Assembly (NCBI RefSeq): GCF_009914755.1
Contig: NC_060933.1
DNA from: the human T2T-CHM13v2.0 reference genome, Homo sapiens
Length of the DNA stretch: 64,000 bases
Strand: one strand, 5' to 3'
The notes beneath the pieces are model-generated. The model was not told the origin of the DNA, did not search any database, and saw only the letters and a list, made by a program, of their open reading frames with translations. How positions within the stretch are numbered: position 1 is the stretch's first letter; each line of letters begins with the position of its first letter. Positions 35,547 to 60,419 of the stretch are shown here, in pieces. The position numbers were made by a program, and so were the translations under genes.

Positions 35547-35855
35547 TGATCTGCCTGCCTCGGCCTGCGTTAGCCTCCCAAAGTGTTGGGATTACAGATG
35601 TGAGCCACCACGCCCAGCCCACTTCTTGGTAATTCTTAACATAGTCCATTCTCAATATCATTATGGAACTAAGCCATACTGCCTAAAAGGTCAGAGTTGC
35701 AGTTTCTAAATAAAGAAAACAATATTTTAGAAACTGAACTGTAGCCCAATATTTTGAAATCCTAATGGGTTTAAAGACAAAAATACCGTCATCCATTCAG
35801 TTAGCTAAATTTAGATTATTAGCATGGCCTAAATGTGTGGCTATTTCCTGTTTAG

Positions 35856-36035
<180 letters not shown>

Positions 36036-36158
36036 TAATTCAATATTACTTTTTCCTTAATATTTCAAAATATTAAGGAGAATAACACTCTTGGCAGTGT
36101 CTCAATTGTCATAAGCAGAGAATACAAGTGTACTAAGAAACTTGCTCATTTCACATGA

Positions 36159-36348
<190 letters not shown>

Positions 36349-36696
36349 TAGCTGGGACTACAGGTGCCTACCACCATGCCCAGCTAATTTTTTGTATTTT
36401 TAGTAGAGATGGGGTTTCACCTTGTTAGCCAGGATGGTCTCGATCTCCTGACCTCGTGATCCGCCTGTCTCGGTCTCCCAAAGTGCTGGGATTATAGGCA
36501 TGAGCCACCGCGCCCAGCCCTCTTGCATCATTTTTCAAGGCTGCCTATGGCTTTTGACCTTTTAACTAGATGAGCAAATATAGACTGGTTCTATTTATAC
36601 ATTGATCGAATGAATAAATAAAGAGACTTACTAAGTTTTTAACATGGCCCCAGATCTCTCAGTTTTATACATTGCTGTTCCTTAAATGATAAACTA

Positions 36697-36776
36697 TAGG
36701 TTGGTGCAAAAGTAATCGCAGTTTTTGTCATTTGAATGGAAGGGCAAAAACCACAATTACTTTTGCAGCAACCTGA
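36697..36776. mobile_element. MADE1 mariner-derived MITE (80 bp, palindromic)
   Basis: TAGGTTGGTGCAAAAGTAATCGCAGTTTTTG...CAAAAACCACAATTACTTTTGCAGCAACCTGA with TA on both sides. Confidence 0.92.
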
Positions 36777-37680
36777 TACTTAAAGCAGCAGTGTCCAGAG
36801 CTTTTGGAAAGCTGCTTTTCCTTTGTTGAAAGGATATAACAAATTATAAATGCCCACCTTTTGTCACCAAAAGTTTGGGGAAAGCCATGTGGAATATTTT
36901 ACAGTATCGCTGGTAGCCCAAACAACAGTCAATGTTTTTTGGAACAGCTGCATCTTTAGTATTTAATGTCGTTATCACAAGAAGAGACCAATTATATGTT
37001 AGGATGGATGGAAATGGGGGCTCAAGCTAGATTTTATTCCCTTTCCTCTAAGAATGCACTCTTTTGCCCACAGACAGGATGCCTGTAATCATTATTCAGT
37101 GAGCAGCAACCTGCAGCAGCTCCTCCTGACTGGCAGATGGGCCTGGCGGCCACCCAGAGGCTGGGGACACAGCAAGAATCCAGCACAGCACCGATCCCGA
37201 TTCCCTCCTCCCCAAACTACCTGAGCCATGGACCTCATTTTGTGGACAAAATTAAACTTGCCACTTTCACAACCTGTGTTATCTAGCCACCTTTTGTTCT
37301 TTTTTCTCCTGCTTAAAAAAAAAAAAATTTTGCTGTAGGTAATTCAAACTTACAGAATTGTATGGTTTAAGAAATAAAAGTTTCTGCACATTCCAGCTCC
37401 TGATAACCACTAGAGGATCATGACTTTCAGACGTGGCCAGGTAAATGAGAATAAGCACTGGTATTTTTACAGCACACAAATGAGGTAGAGGCCACTGGAT
37501 ATTATTTTCTATTTCTAGGTATTTTTGAGAACAGAAAAAATAGCAACCTGTTGGAAATCCCTGAAAATCCTATTCGTATTTCTCTAGGATTTGTCAATGG
37601 TTAGGAATAAAACTAATGGCCAGGTGCGGTGGCTCACGCCTGTAATCTCAACACTTTGGGAGGCTGAGGCAGGTGGATCA

Positions 37681-37941
<261 letters not shown>

Positions 37942-38490
37942 CTAGTCTTTGACCCAAAAATTCTGCTTCTGAAAATTTATCCTAATGATATAATAACAAA
38001 AGATATCCAACAGTGCTGTTTATAATAGCCAATAATTTAAAATAATTTGAAACAAACAAATCATTGGTTAAATATTATGTCACACTTTTGATGAGCTATG
38101 TATATCCTGTTTTAACAATGTAAAGCCATATTTAATAAGATGAAGTAAATGTATATATAACTTTTAAGAATTTTTAAAGTTGGCCGGGCGCAGTGGTTCA
38201 CGCCTGTAATTCCAGCACTTTGGGAGGCTGAGGCGGGCGGATCATGAGGCCAGGAGTTCAAGACCAGCCTGGCCAACACAGTGAAACCCCGTCTCTACTA
38301 AAAATACAAAAATTAGCTGGTGTGGTGGCACGTGCCTGTAATCCCAGCTACTCGGGAGGCTGAGGCACGAGAATCGCTTGAACCCAGGAGTTAGAGGTTA
38401 CAGTGAGCCAAGATATCATGCCACTGCACTTCAGCCTGGTGACAGTGAGACTCCGTCTCAAAAAAAAAAAAGAATTTTTAAAGTTTATCA

Positions 38491-39245
<755 letters not shown>

Positions 39246-39655
39246 GAACTATTCCAGCAATTTCCTGACTCTTTTTTTTTTTTTTGAAAACAGTCTTACA
39301 ACTTTCTAGCTCCAGTATTGTAGGTGGAGGGCCACTGAAATAGAAGGAGAGAATGCAGAAAGATAGCCAGTGAGACCAGCATCTCAATCCCACATGGCCC
39401 ATTCACTTGCTAAACAGTTTTAAGAAAAGGTCTTCTGTTTCCCTATGCTCTGGTTGCCTTATTTGAAATATCTATTTACTCAAGGTGAGTGACAATTTCT
39501 GCTAAAAGAGAAGAGGCCAATGCTGATATTTCTCATCATGATGTTGGCAAGCCTCCAAGGGAGGCTGGTAGAAATTCAGCACGAGCTTGGAGATCCTGCT
39601 AAGATGTAAATGATGGTTTCCAAGACTTGGCCCCCCTTTCCCCCCTGGTTTCTCA

Positions 39656-40154
<499 letters not shown>

Positions 40155-40984
40155 TTATTCAGTAATATACTGTCAATGAAGTAAATATGTAAGACTATAA
40201 GCCCTTCCTGCACTAACCTCAATGTTAGTTTTGTCTTCTTTTAGATGGGAAATAATTAGAGAAACTTCTTGTGACCACAGAAGACCAGGAAGCTTATGTA
40301 GGTCTCAAGCTGTGGAGTGGGGGAAGAGTGTCTTCTAAAATACAAAAGCTTCAGCCTGTGCTAGTACAGATGGTGCAAGATTCCCCAAGCCAAGAAATTA
40401 ACATAAAAATTAGTTCCAGGTTGTCTGGCAGAAACACTATAAAACCTCACTGGGGGGATACTTCTACAATCCTGTTTTTATAAGATTCCCGGAGAAAAAA
40501 CAATCTCTGTCAAAGTTACGCTCATACAAAAAAGGTAGTAATAATATAAATGCACAAGGAAATAAACCACCATGAGAGCTGATGCGATAGTAAGAAAAAT
40601 GAGAACCTGAGCTAAAAGAACAATGTGAAAGAAAATATAAGAACAACAGGCCAGGCACAGCGGCTCACACCTGTAATCCCAGCACTAGAGGAGGCTGACG
40701 TGGGAGGATCACTTGAGGCCAGGAGTTCGAGACCAGCCTAGGTAACATAGTGAGACTCCATTTCTAAAAAAAAATTAAAAATAAGCAGGGCATGGTGGTG
40801 TACAGCTGTAGTCCTAGCTATTCCAGAGGTTGAGGTGGGAGGATCACTTGAGCCCGGGAGTTCGAGGCTATAGTGAGCTATGATTGTCCCACTGTACTTC
40901 AGCCTGGGCTTAGGTGACAGAATAAGACCCTCTCTCAAAAACAACAACAAAACAACGACAACAACAATGACAACAAAACAACAT

Positions 40985-43030
<2,046 letters not shown>

Positions 43031-43526
43031 GACAACACTTGGTCTGCATTACCACACAGCTACAGATGTGTAAATGGATGGTGAATAATGGCCGCCCCCT
43101 TTACGTCTGACTTGGGCCTCCTAGGCCAGTACAACCCCCACCTCTCTTTATTGGGTCCTGATACTGAGGCCCTGTGCTAATAGCTATTTGTCATCTTACC
43201 TCAACCTGCCAGTCTCACATGTCTATTATCTGCCTAGTTCTGTAGGAAAAAGCGGTGGCTAAGAGTAAGGAGCTTATTTAATACAATCCAGTAGTAAAGC
43301 TGAATGGTAAACTGGCAAGAACACTGAACTTGAGGCACAGAAACATGCTTCAGTCTTGGCTGTACCTTATCCAGCAGGGCCACTTTAGGCTAATGGTAAT
43401 TTCACATTTTATAGGTTTACCCTATTTATCTATAAAGGGATAAAGGAAACATGGAGAGGACTAAAAGCCCTTTGGAAAATATAAAACACTTTCCAGTGTA
43501 GGTTTTTTGAGGAGTAGGTTCAATAG

Positions 43527-43730
<204 letters not shown>

Positions 43731-44556
43731 TAAATATCTTTCACAAACTGTTCTCATCTTACTTCTCCAGCTAGGTCCCACAGAGTCCCCTGTCCTGGCA
43801 GGCAGGTCAACGTCGGCAACATGCTCCCTCAGTGCCCTGGATGAAGTTGTCTCTACCTCAGTGGCGCTTTCTCTTTTCTGTTTCTACATATCCTTCAGGT
43901 TCAAGTCCTGATTCCGACTTCAGGCCTGTCCCAACAACCTACAGTCTGCACAGACCTTTTTCAGATGCAGAATGCAGGAGCAACTGCTGAGCTCCTAGTG
44001 TTTTGCTGATGAAAGGACCAGGTGATTTCATATATGATGGACCTCATTGATCGTTTTTATAATTTTTTTTCCTTTATCTCACTGGCAAGTATGTAGAGCA
44101 ATCATTAATTGCTTTTTTTTTTTTTTTTTTTTGAGATGGACTTTTGCTCTTGTTGCCCAGGCTGGAGTAGTGGCGCGATCTTGGCTCACTGCAACCTTTG
44201 CCTCCCAGCTTCAAGCGATTCTCCTGCCTCAGCCTCCCAAGTAGCTGAGATTACAGGTGTGCACCACCATGCCCAGCTAATTTTTGTATTTTTAGTAGAG
44301 ATGCGGTTTCGCCATGTCAGCCAGGCTGGTCTCGAACTCCTGACCTCAAATGATCTGCCCACCTTGGCAGCCTAAAGTGCTGGGATTACAGGCATGAGCC
44401 ACTGCGCCCGGCCTAATTGCTTTTAAACTGCTATTGTGGTCGGGCACGGTGGCTGACGCCTGTAATCCCAACACTTTGGGAGGCTGAGGTGGGAGGATCA
44501 CGAGGTCAGGAGATCGAGAACATCCTGGCTAAGACGGTGAAACCCTGTCTCTACTA

Positions 44557-44796
<240 letters not shown>

Positions 44797-45013
44797 CTAC
44801 CTTATTCCCCAACTGACTCAAGTTTTCCTTCTCTCTCCGTCTCATGCTTCTCTCATCCTTCTCTCTCCAGTCTGCTAACTGGGGACTTCATGAAAGGTAT
44901 CTATTATAGTCCTACTGGTGTTTCACACTCTTTGTCAAATAAATATTCTTGTTGAATGTCTAGATGCCCAGAATGCCTAGAATGTTAAAAATATGGCCGG
45001 GTGCGGTAGCTCA

Positions 45014-45294
<281 letters not shown>

Positions 45295-46587
45295 CTAAAG
45301 GGTAAGAGATGAGGAGGAAGGAGGCAGAAATAATGCAAGGAGAAGGATACAGGCAAAATACAGATGGCAATAACAGTGTCAGCCAATCAATTGCAGTTCA
45401 AAAATAGGCCACTACACATACATCACACCCACTGAAACCTCACACCCAGCCCTTGAGGTGCATATGCATCCTTACTTACAGAACAGGAACCAGAGATGAA
45501 GTAAGTTGCCACATGTCATGCCATTTGTAAGCGACAGAAACAAGATTTGAACCCACTTCCACGTAATACAAAGATCAGGAACAAGCTCTTAGCCATGGGC
45601 TAGGCCATTTACTATCACTGAAAATTAAAATACCTTATTAAATGACTTACCATACAAAAGCCTTTAGAACAGTTCAGGCCACATACTAAGTGCCAAGTGT
45701 TGAAGCTAAACACACACACACACACATAAATAAATACATATATATTCAGGGAATTCATTTCTTCATTTCTATCTTCAGATCTAGGGTATGAGAACGATGC
45801 TGCTTGATTGCTATTTTGTACATTAACTTATAGGCTTGTTAATAATTATGCTTTTAGGAGTAAATATAAACTCCACAGACATAAAGAAGAGAATAATAAA
45901 CGTGTCTTTTCTAGAATCTTTCATTTGAACCTTGATCCACTTATAAAAGAACAGTTATAGCAACAATATCCATTTTTGGTAATACTTATAATAAAATTCT
46001 TTATACTTTTCTCTTCTTTGCAATAAAAAGCATTTGAAACTTTTTTAAGCCTAAAAAGATTAAGCTGCAGTTGCAAAATTTATTTCCTGCATTTATACTA
46101 ACCACTTCCTTTTTAAAAAAAAATGTTCTCTAAATTGTTATAGTGAACAATTCCTTCAGATGACTACAGTCAGACATTTTAGAAGAAACAGAAACGTGGG
46201 GAAGGCACTGAAGATATTAACATGTTCCATAAAGATGTCAACCTAGTACTACAGCAATGGTAACCAAAATATTCAATAGTACAATTCCTTATATGTACAA
46301 TAACTAAAGTGGTCATTGTGCTAGAGACTGTTTCCCCAAATGGTAAAAAAATTTAACACTCTGCTACGCAGCTGGCTTCACTTAGAATAGAGCCAACTCC
46401 ATCCTGTTGGCTTCACAGAGTTGGCAACACTGATTCCAACCGAAGAAAACCTAAACTACTAAATTTCGTTTGTTTTCTTAAGATAATTATCAAACTGATC
46501 ATCATTTAAAGTAAACTCCTTCATTCTTGCTTAAAATTGACAGATTCCTATCTATAACTTTCTTTTTCTCTTTAAAATATTCTATTA

Positions 46588-46752
<165 letters not shown>

Positions 46753-46791
46753 TTAGCCGGGTGTGGTGGCGTACGCCTGTAGTCCCAGCTA

Positions 46792-46899
<108 letters not shown>

Positions 46900-48012
46900 T
46901 CAAAAAAAAACAAAAAACCAGAAATGAAATTTTATTTTTTATAATTTACATCACAGAATTCTACTTTAATTCATAAATAACTCAGGATTTCCTATTCTGC
47001 TTCACAACAGGGACATCTATATGTAGAATTAAAAAGTTAATCATATTCAAAGCCAAATACTTCGAGAAGTCTGTATACAAAAAATGGAAGGCAAACTCCC
47101 AAAGAAACTGATACACTGTTCAGTGCTCATGGTCAGATTTTAACTTAAGTTTTAAAGCATTTCCTCAAATCGGGTTATATAATAAAAACTCCTAATTAGT
47201 CAGAAATAAGGAAACCTCTCGCACTGTATAGAGAGCTCTTCTGGCCATCCAGTACTCAGAATTAATTGCAATGAATTAGAATGAAGAGGCACCATTAACT
47301 TTTGGTGGAAAACATCGGCTCATAAATTGAGACTCTAGCAGAAAAAGAACCATACAAGTTAAATGAAACTAGACCGATAAGAAAAGGAAGAAATTGTTAC
47401 TGGCGTTTAAAAAACATAACTTGAACTTAACTAACAATTTCTGCAGCTGTTTGTAACCACTAACTGCAGATTCTGTTAGACAATATCCTATTTTGCATTT
47501 AGAAATTATGTAAGAGCCAACAGTCATAAGGCAAGGGAGAATTAGAAAAAGGGAATTATTCATTGCCTGACATGGATGAACTCAGTTTAATGCATGCATT
47601 TAGAAAACACTGTTCTCTCTGTTCAGAAATATTAGTTCACATTCCACTCATTTTGATAACCTTTTCCTTTCTCATCCCAATACCACACTAAACCCATTGC
47701 TACACTATCAGAACACAAAGATTAGGTGTAGCCTCTCATCCAAGTTTGTATAGCATGGTGTTATTTCAAAGCAGAGTGACAGACAAACCGTGATTTTAAA
47801 GTCTTTGTCACCAGAATGCCATTCAAGAGTTGTTTGGGTGGGCAAGTGGGAAAATTCACAATACAGTAAACCAAACATTAGAAAGAAAACAGGCTGGGCA
47901 CGGTGGCTCACGCCTGTAATCCCAGCACTTTGGGAGGCCAAGGTGGGTGGATCACCTGAGGTCAGGAGATCGAGACCAGTCTGACCAACATGGTGAAATC
48001 CCGTCTCTACTA

Positions 48013-48220
<208 letters not shown>

Positions 48221-48410
48221 TCAGAGTCAAGGATCGTGTGATTATGTGCTGGCATCTATACCCGCATACCTTGCCAGTAGATAGTCAGTGAACAACGGGC
48301 AAGGGAATGAATGGATACATGTGAATACTTCACGACTTAGGAATCCCACCAGTGAGTTACTTTTTTTTTTTTGAGGTGGAGTTTTGCTCTTGCTGCCCAG
48401 GCTGGAGTAA

Positions 48411-48533
<123 letters not shown>

Positions 48534-49243
48534 TAGTAGAGACAGGGTTTCTCCATGTTGGTCAGGCTGGTCTCGAACTCCCAACCTCAGGTAATCTGCG
48601 TGCCTCAGCCTCCCAAAGTGCTGGGATTTCAGGAGGGAGCCACTGCACTTGGCTGAGTTGCATTTTTTAAAAGATAAGTCCATGAAGTCATAATTCTACT
48701 AGAATTCCCTTAAATTTAAAAAAAAAAAAAAAAGGAGGGGGGCAGGTGTGGTGGCTCACACCTATAATCTCAGCACTTTGTGAAGCTGAGGCAGGAGGAT
48801 CACTTGAGGCTAGGAGTTCAAGACCAGCCTGGGAACACATAGGGAGACCCCGTCTCTACGCTGTGCATGGTGGCATGCCCCTGTGGTCTCAGCTACTTGG
48901 GAGGCTGAGGCAGGAGGATCACTTGAATCCACGAGGTTGAGGCTGCAATAAGTTTTGATCACACTACTGCACTCCAGCCTGAGCAACAAAGGGAGAGACC
49001 CTGTCTCAACAAACAAACAAACAAAATACCTATTTAATTTAATTTATTTGTCTGTGCTATTGCTCATACAAAACACCTATTTTGGTGTCTTTTTTTTTTT
49101 TTTTTTTTTTTTGAGATGGACTTTTGCTCTGTCCCTCAGGCTGGAGTGCAGTGGCGTGATCTCGGCTCACTGCAACCTCCCCGTCCCAGGTTCAAGAGAC
49201 TCTTCTGCCTCCGCCTCCTGAGTAAGTGGGATTACAGGCATGA

Positions 49244-49489
<246 letters not shown>

Positions 49490-52247
49490 TGAACTCCTGA
49501 CCTCAAGTGATCCGCCAGCCTCAGCCTCTCAAAGTGCTGGGATTACAGGCGTGAGTCACTATGCCTGGCCCAAAACAGCTGTTTTAAAAGGGTTCAGAAG
49601 GACATACCTCAAGGGGTTAAGAGTAACTACCTCTGAGAAGAATGGCAAAGAATACTTTATCTCGGTGTTTTAATTAATTTTTTTTTACAAGAGTAAGATG
49701 CGGACATGGTATAATTTTCCCATGTTCCTTTGCAGTTTCCCTCTCAATATCCCAAAACAGAGAGTAAGGATGTCTAGTCCACCTCGTTGAAAGGGCAGCA
49801 GGGGAGCCTGTTTCACCTTCAGCTGAAACACAGGGGTCATGAGCTGCAGGATGACCTATCCCAACATGTACTGCTTCTTGTACAAACCCAGATTAACTAA
49901 TTCCAAATCACTCGAGCTCATTCAAAGCCTTCAAGTTCAAAACTCTATGACAGCTGCAAAATGTCAAAGAAGAAAAAGAGACTGCATGGTTCCTTGAGTT
50001 TTCCCTGCCAATAAAAATTGTTCAATTAAGCTGATTTCCTCTCTTCATTTTTCCTCTAAGGAACATGGCATCCTCATGGCATCCAAATCTGCACTCTTGC
50101 CCAGAGATAAAAACTGCTAGCTTTTTCTTATATCTACTTTATACTGTAAACTTACTTTTAATTAAACTGGGTGCCTTAAGGATGACATATACTGTCTTAT
50201 AAGGGAACTACTAAACATCTGGTCACACGCTGGCATCTAACACAATGCCAAAGCGTACCGAAGTCTGAGCATGGATGTGGATGAATGGAGGTGATTTGAA
50301 CACAGTGCTGGCCAGGCACATTGGCTCACACCTGCATTGCCAGACTTAGGGAAGCAGAGGTGTGAGGATAGCTTGAGCCCAAGAGTCTGAGACCTGCCTG
50401 GGCAACATAGCAAAACCTCGATCACCACAAAAAGTAAAAACAAACAAACAAACAAAACAAAAAAAAAAACAGTGAACACAGTGCTAATAAAAATGTGGTT
50501 TCAAAATGTGGTTTCAATCCATATCTGGGCATTAACTCTCAAAAAGAAAAGAAAATCAGGCTTATACCCAGGATCCTAGGTAGTTTAAAAAATGAACGTA
50601 TGCTTATAGTTCATATCAATTGTATCAAGCACAAGACAAAGTTCACATGTACAAATAAGGCTTTTGTAAGCACAGGCTTACCGTTCCCAGTGCTGTGTGG
50701 CTGGCTGCTAGAAAAAAAGGAGGATGCGCTGCTTTGAATACAATTAGATAATTTAATCATTTGCGGGAACTGGGGGAGAAACATTTATGTTAGATTCAGA
50801 GACTGTCAGAAATCATAATGGGAGATGACATTAAATAATGATAAGAACTAAAACTGCCTCCAGTTAGCTTGACGCTGACATAAGCCTTCACAGGCAACAA
50901 AGTAAAAAACTGATAGAACAGTCAAAGTACTGGGTGTTTTGGGAAATTACAGTGTTTCAAGTCAAATCCAAAGCAAAATAACTTAAGAATTTCAATGTTT
51001 AGACATTGCTGCTCCCTCAGCTTCAATGTTTGTGATGCCAAAATTGGGTAATTCATCATATCCTTGGAAAGGAGGTAAGTGGCACTTTCATAAAAATAGC
51101 AAAACGATGCTCCCAGTGTAAGAAAAAGTACTAGATCTTTGGAAATATTCAAATAGTTGAGGATAGCAATTCAATTTGGCAGCACAAGTTAAAAGTCCTA
51201 AAATCACCTTTGGATTCAGCAAGTGCACTTTTTAAAAGTTAAAACTGCCTTGGATCTGGCCTCAGGGAGAAAAACAAAGAAAAAAGTCATCCTGGAAATT
51301 TCTGAACCACAAACAGCCAGAACTCAGAGCATGTGTGGAGTCCAAACCCTAAGTTGAAAACTGACATTAATGCAGCTTGGTAATGAACCCAGGTAATGCC
51401 CGCTTCGGGAGAACCCACTTTAAGTCTAGGCCTCCATCACCATAGATTAAAGATCCACGAAACACACATTCATAATTACACACAGTCTGCTCTGAACCTC
51501 ACAGTTTTCTCTACTACGACTTGTACCTTTTTCTTTTTTTTGAGACAGGGTCTTGCTCTGTCACCCAGGCTGGAGTGCAGTGGTGCGATCACTGATCACT
51601 GCAGCCTCCACCTCCAGAGCTCAAGCGATCCTCCCACCTCAGCCTCCTAAGTAGCTGGGATTACAGGTGCAAACCATCACGCTCAGCTAATTTTTAATTT
51701 TTTTTTTTTTTTTTTTGAGACTGAGTCTCCCTCTGTCACCCAGGCTGGAGTGCAGCCGTGCGATCTCGGCTCACTGCAACCTCCACCTCCTGGGTTCAAG
51801 CGATTCTCGAGTAGCTGGGATTACAGGCACATGCTATCATGCCTGGCTAACTTTTGTATTTTTTGTAGAGATGAAGTTTCACCATGTTGGCTAGGCTGGT
51901 CTCAAACCCCTGATCTCAGGTGATCCACCTGCCTCGGCCTCCCATAGTGCTGGCATCACATGCGTGAGCCACCATGCCCGGTCCAATTTTTTGATTATTT
52001 TGTAGAAACTGGGTTTCTGTATGTTGCCCAGGCTGGTCTTGAACTCCTAGCCTCCAGCACTCCTCCTGCCTCAGCCTCCCAAAGTGCTAGGATGACAGGT
52101 GTGAGCCATCATGCCCAGGTGACTTGTACCTTCTTATATAATTTCTATTTATTTATTTATTTATTTATTTGTTTGTTTGTTTGTTTGAGACAGGATCTTG
52201 CTATGTCACCTAGGCTGGAGTGCAGTGGTGCAATCTTGGCTCACTGA

Positions 52248-52502
<255 letters not shown>

Positions 52503-52635
52503 TAGTATAACCCAGAAGTCTTGCTGGTCTATCTTGCAGTTTTACATAGCATCTTCAGGTTTGGATGCAATCACAGTAAGCTTTCTTTTAACAGTGAACT
52601 TGAACAATACCGTGAAAAGCATGACAAACAAGCTA

Positions 52636-52809
<174 letters not shown>

Positions 52810-53079
52810 TCAGGAGACTGAGGCATGAGAACGGTTTGAACCCGGGAGGCACAGGTTGCGATGAGCTGAGATTACACCACTGCACTCCAGCCTGGGCAAC
52901 AGAGCGAGACTCTATTTCAAAACAAAAAAACAAAACAAAAAACAGGCCGGGTGCGGTGGCTCATGCCTGTAATCCTAGCACTTTCGGAGGCTGAGGTGGG
53001 CAGATTACCTGAGGTCAGGGGTTCGAGACCAGCCTGGCAATATGGTGAAACCTCGTCTCTACTAAAAACATGAAGATTA

Positions 53080-55950
<2,871 letters not shown>

Positions 55951-55964
55951 AGTTTAGAGGCTGA

Positions 55965-56237
<273 letters not shown>

Positions 56238-56557
56238 TAGGCATGAGCCCATACACCACACCAAAAAAAAAAAAAAAATTATTTATTTAGAGACAGGGTC
56301 ATTAGCAGGGTGTGGTGGGCTCCTGTAGTCCCAGCTACTCAGGAGGCTGAGGCAGGAGGATCACTTGAGCCCTGAAGACAGAGGTTGTTGTTAGCCAAGA
56401 TCACACCACTGCACTCCAGCCTAGGCGATACAGCGAGACTCTGTCTCAAAAAATAAAATAAAATAAAAAATAAAAATAAATAAATAAACATAAAAAATAA
56501 AATAAAAAGAGACCATATCTCGGTATCTCTAAAATATATACATATATACTTCTTTTA

Positions 56558-56560
<3 letters not shown>

Positions 56561-56594
<34 letters not shown>
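56561..56594. repeat. (CA)n microsatellite
   Basis: Directly visible. Confidence 0.95.
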
Positions 56595-56599
<5 letters not shown>

Positions 56600-57760
56600 G
56601 AATGATACATACACTGATTTGCCTCATTCAACATAAAATATCTTTTGAAACTTTGGGCTAATCTAACTTATTTTAATTGAATAACATTTTAAATATTTAA
56701 CTTTAGCAGCAAATTAATGTCTTTTGGTAAAGTAAGTATCTCCATTTTGAGATCAAATACAGATATTGAGAACACTCCCCTGCTCCTGAGATGGGGTCTC
56801 GTTATGTTGCCCAGTCTGGACTCCTGGGCTCAAGCAATCCTCTTGCTTCAGTCTCCTAAGTAGCTGAGTCTAGGGGTATGTGCCACAGCACCTGGCAAGA
56901 ATATGTATTTTAATATATTTAATAATTTTAGAGAAAGGCATACTAATATTAACGTATACCTAGTCTTTAAGCAAGGAATTTGGCAGAATTTGGCAAATAA
57001 TAGTTCACACCATTTCCCAACTAAACTCAACTCTAACTGATCTGTCAAAAGCTCAACAAATCTATAAAAACTCAGTGCTTTCACCCACATACAGCATGAA
57101 GCTATGAATGCCCAAACAACCATGGGCATCATGAATGAGTCCTTGTTATGTAAAAGCCTAATTTTGTTTACATTGTATTGATGACTTTAATAAAAATAAA
57201 ATTCAGCTTCTAGGGAAAAAACGCATATTGAGCCACAATGAGAAACAGTATACACTTTATAATATTTCTAGTTGGCAATACAAGTCCATTTAGAGAAAAG
57301 CTTTTGAGAGGACTGAAATATGCAAGGCTTCAACTACAACCTCACTGTTATCAACCAGGAGGAATCAATTAGAAGTCAGGCAAGCAGTGAGACTATTGCT
57401 CTAAAGGAACCATTATAAGCAGCCAAGCTCTTCCAGATGGCCCTGTCCTGTCTCCTCCGGCTCTCAAGAAATTGACTTTCTCTTTGAAAAGCCATTAAGA
57501 GCCACAACCTTCTGGAACGTTGTTCCCAGACTGTTCATAGTCTAAGTCTCCACTTTATCACCCTGGTGACTCAACAGATAAAACGTCTCAAATTCTAACA
57601 CCGAAGATTCCCCACACTTGAGCTTCTGGTCCCCACAATGGTTGACACAAAATGAAAATGATTCCCCATGTAGCGCCTTTTGTGGCTACATTAGAAATGA
57701 GAACTTGGGGATGGGTGGTCGGTGATGAACACTCACAGGGGAAATGAAAGACACACTTGA

Positions 57761-58069
<309 letters not shown>

Positions 58070-58085
58070 CACACTTGAGCTTTCA

Positions 58086-58196
<111 letters not shown>

Positions 58197-58450
58197 CTAA
58201 AATCAGAGGAAAATAATTATGAAACCATAAGAGTCCTACGAGAAGATGTAATTTTATCTAAAGCTCCCAAAGAGCATTGTTCTTTTTCTTTTTTTTTTCT
58301 TCAGTCAGGGTCTCACTTTGTCACCCAGGCTGGAGTGCAGTGGCGCCATCTTGGCTCACTGCAGCTTTGACCTTCCCGGCTCAGGTGATCCTCCCACCTC
58401 AGCCTCACTAGCTGCTGTGACTACAGGCATGCACCACCATGCCCAGCTAA

Positions 58451-58600
<150 letters not shown>

Positions 58601-58949
58601 TGAATTGATTTCTTATATGTCATAATTTCTAGAAGTTATTTTAAAATCTGCATTTATTTCCATCAAAACTGTCTAATCTTTATTATTTCCACGTGACTTT
58701 TAGAAAAATACTCAACTTGAGCTCTTTTGGCTCAACTTTAGATAATGGTTCTAGAAACAAATTAAATGAGAAAAATCTATAAAGATGTTTCATTAGTGTT
58801 TTTATGTGCATGTTTTTTACTTTCTGATTGACTCAAGCTTAAATTAAATTGAAACTGGAAAATCTATAAAGACATTTCCTAGGCTGGGTGCAGTGGCTCA
58901 CGCCTGTAATCCCAGAACTTTGGGAGGCCGAGGTGGGCGAATCACTTCA

Positions 58950-59331
<382 letters not shown>

Positions 59332-59717
59332 TTATGAACCCAGGAGGAAACATTTTCATCCACTTAAACAACATCTAAATATTGAACCTCTAGTATGTAT
59401 GCTCCAAAGAAATTTAAGAGTTGAAAGGGGTAGCCGGGTGCGGTGGCTCACATCTGTAATCCCAGAACCCTGGGAGGCTGAGGAAGAAGAATCGCTTGAG
59501 CCAAGGAGTTCAAGACAGCCTGGGCAACACAGTGAGACCCCCCACTCTACAAAAAAATAGAAAAATTAGCTGGATGTGGTGGCACACACTGATAGTCCCA
59601 GCTACTCTGGAGGCTGAGGTGGGAGGATCACCTAAGTCCAGGGAGGTTGACACTGCCACATTGAGCTGTGATTGCACCACTGCACTCCAGCCTGGATGAC
59701 ACAGTGAAACTCTGCCT

Positions 59718-59761
<44 letters not shown>

Positions 59762-59964
59762 AAAAGGGAATAAAAAGCTTAATGTGGAAACGAAAACAAG
59801 AATAGTCATCACAGATGAAACAAGTTTCACTTGGGGGGAAAAAAAGCAGTCACAGAGTTCCCTTTACAGCTTTAGGTACAACTGTATAAAATTTGAAGAC
59901 AGGCCAGGCATGGTGGTGAGCACACCTGTAGTCAGTTACTTGGGAGGCTGAGGTTGGAAGCTCA

Positions 59965-60120
<156 letters not shown>

Positions 60121-60123
60121 TCA

Positions 60124-60339
<216 letters not shown>

Positions 60340-60419
60340 TCAAAAAATAAAAAAATAAAATAAAATTTGAAGACATATATGCCACTTGGAAAAACGACAG
60401 GAATGTTTTAAGACAGCGA

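Noticed and set aside
37405-37422. CTCF-like CCACTAGAGG (similar partial matches near 15920 and 63212)
   Set aside because: The core GGC or the CCA positions are mismatched
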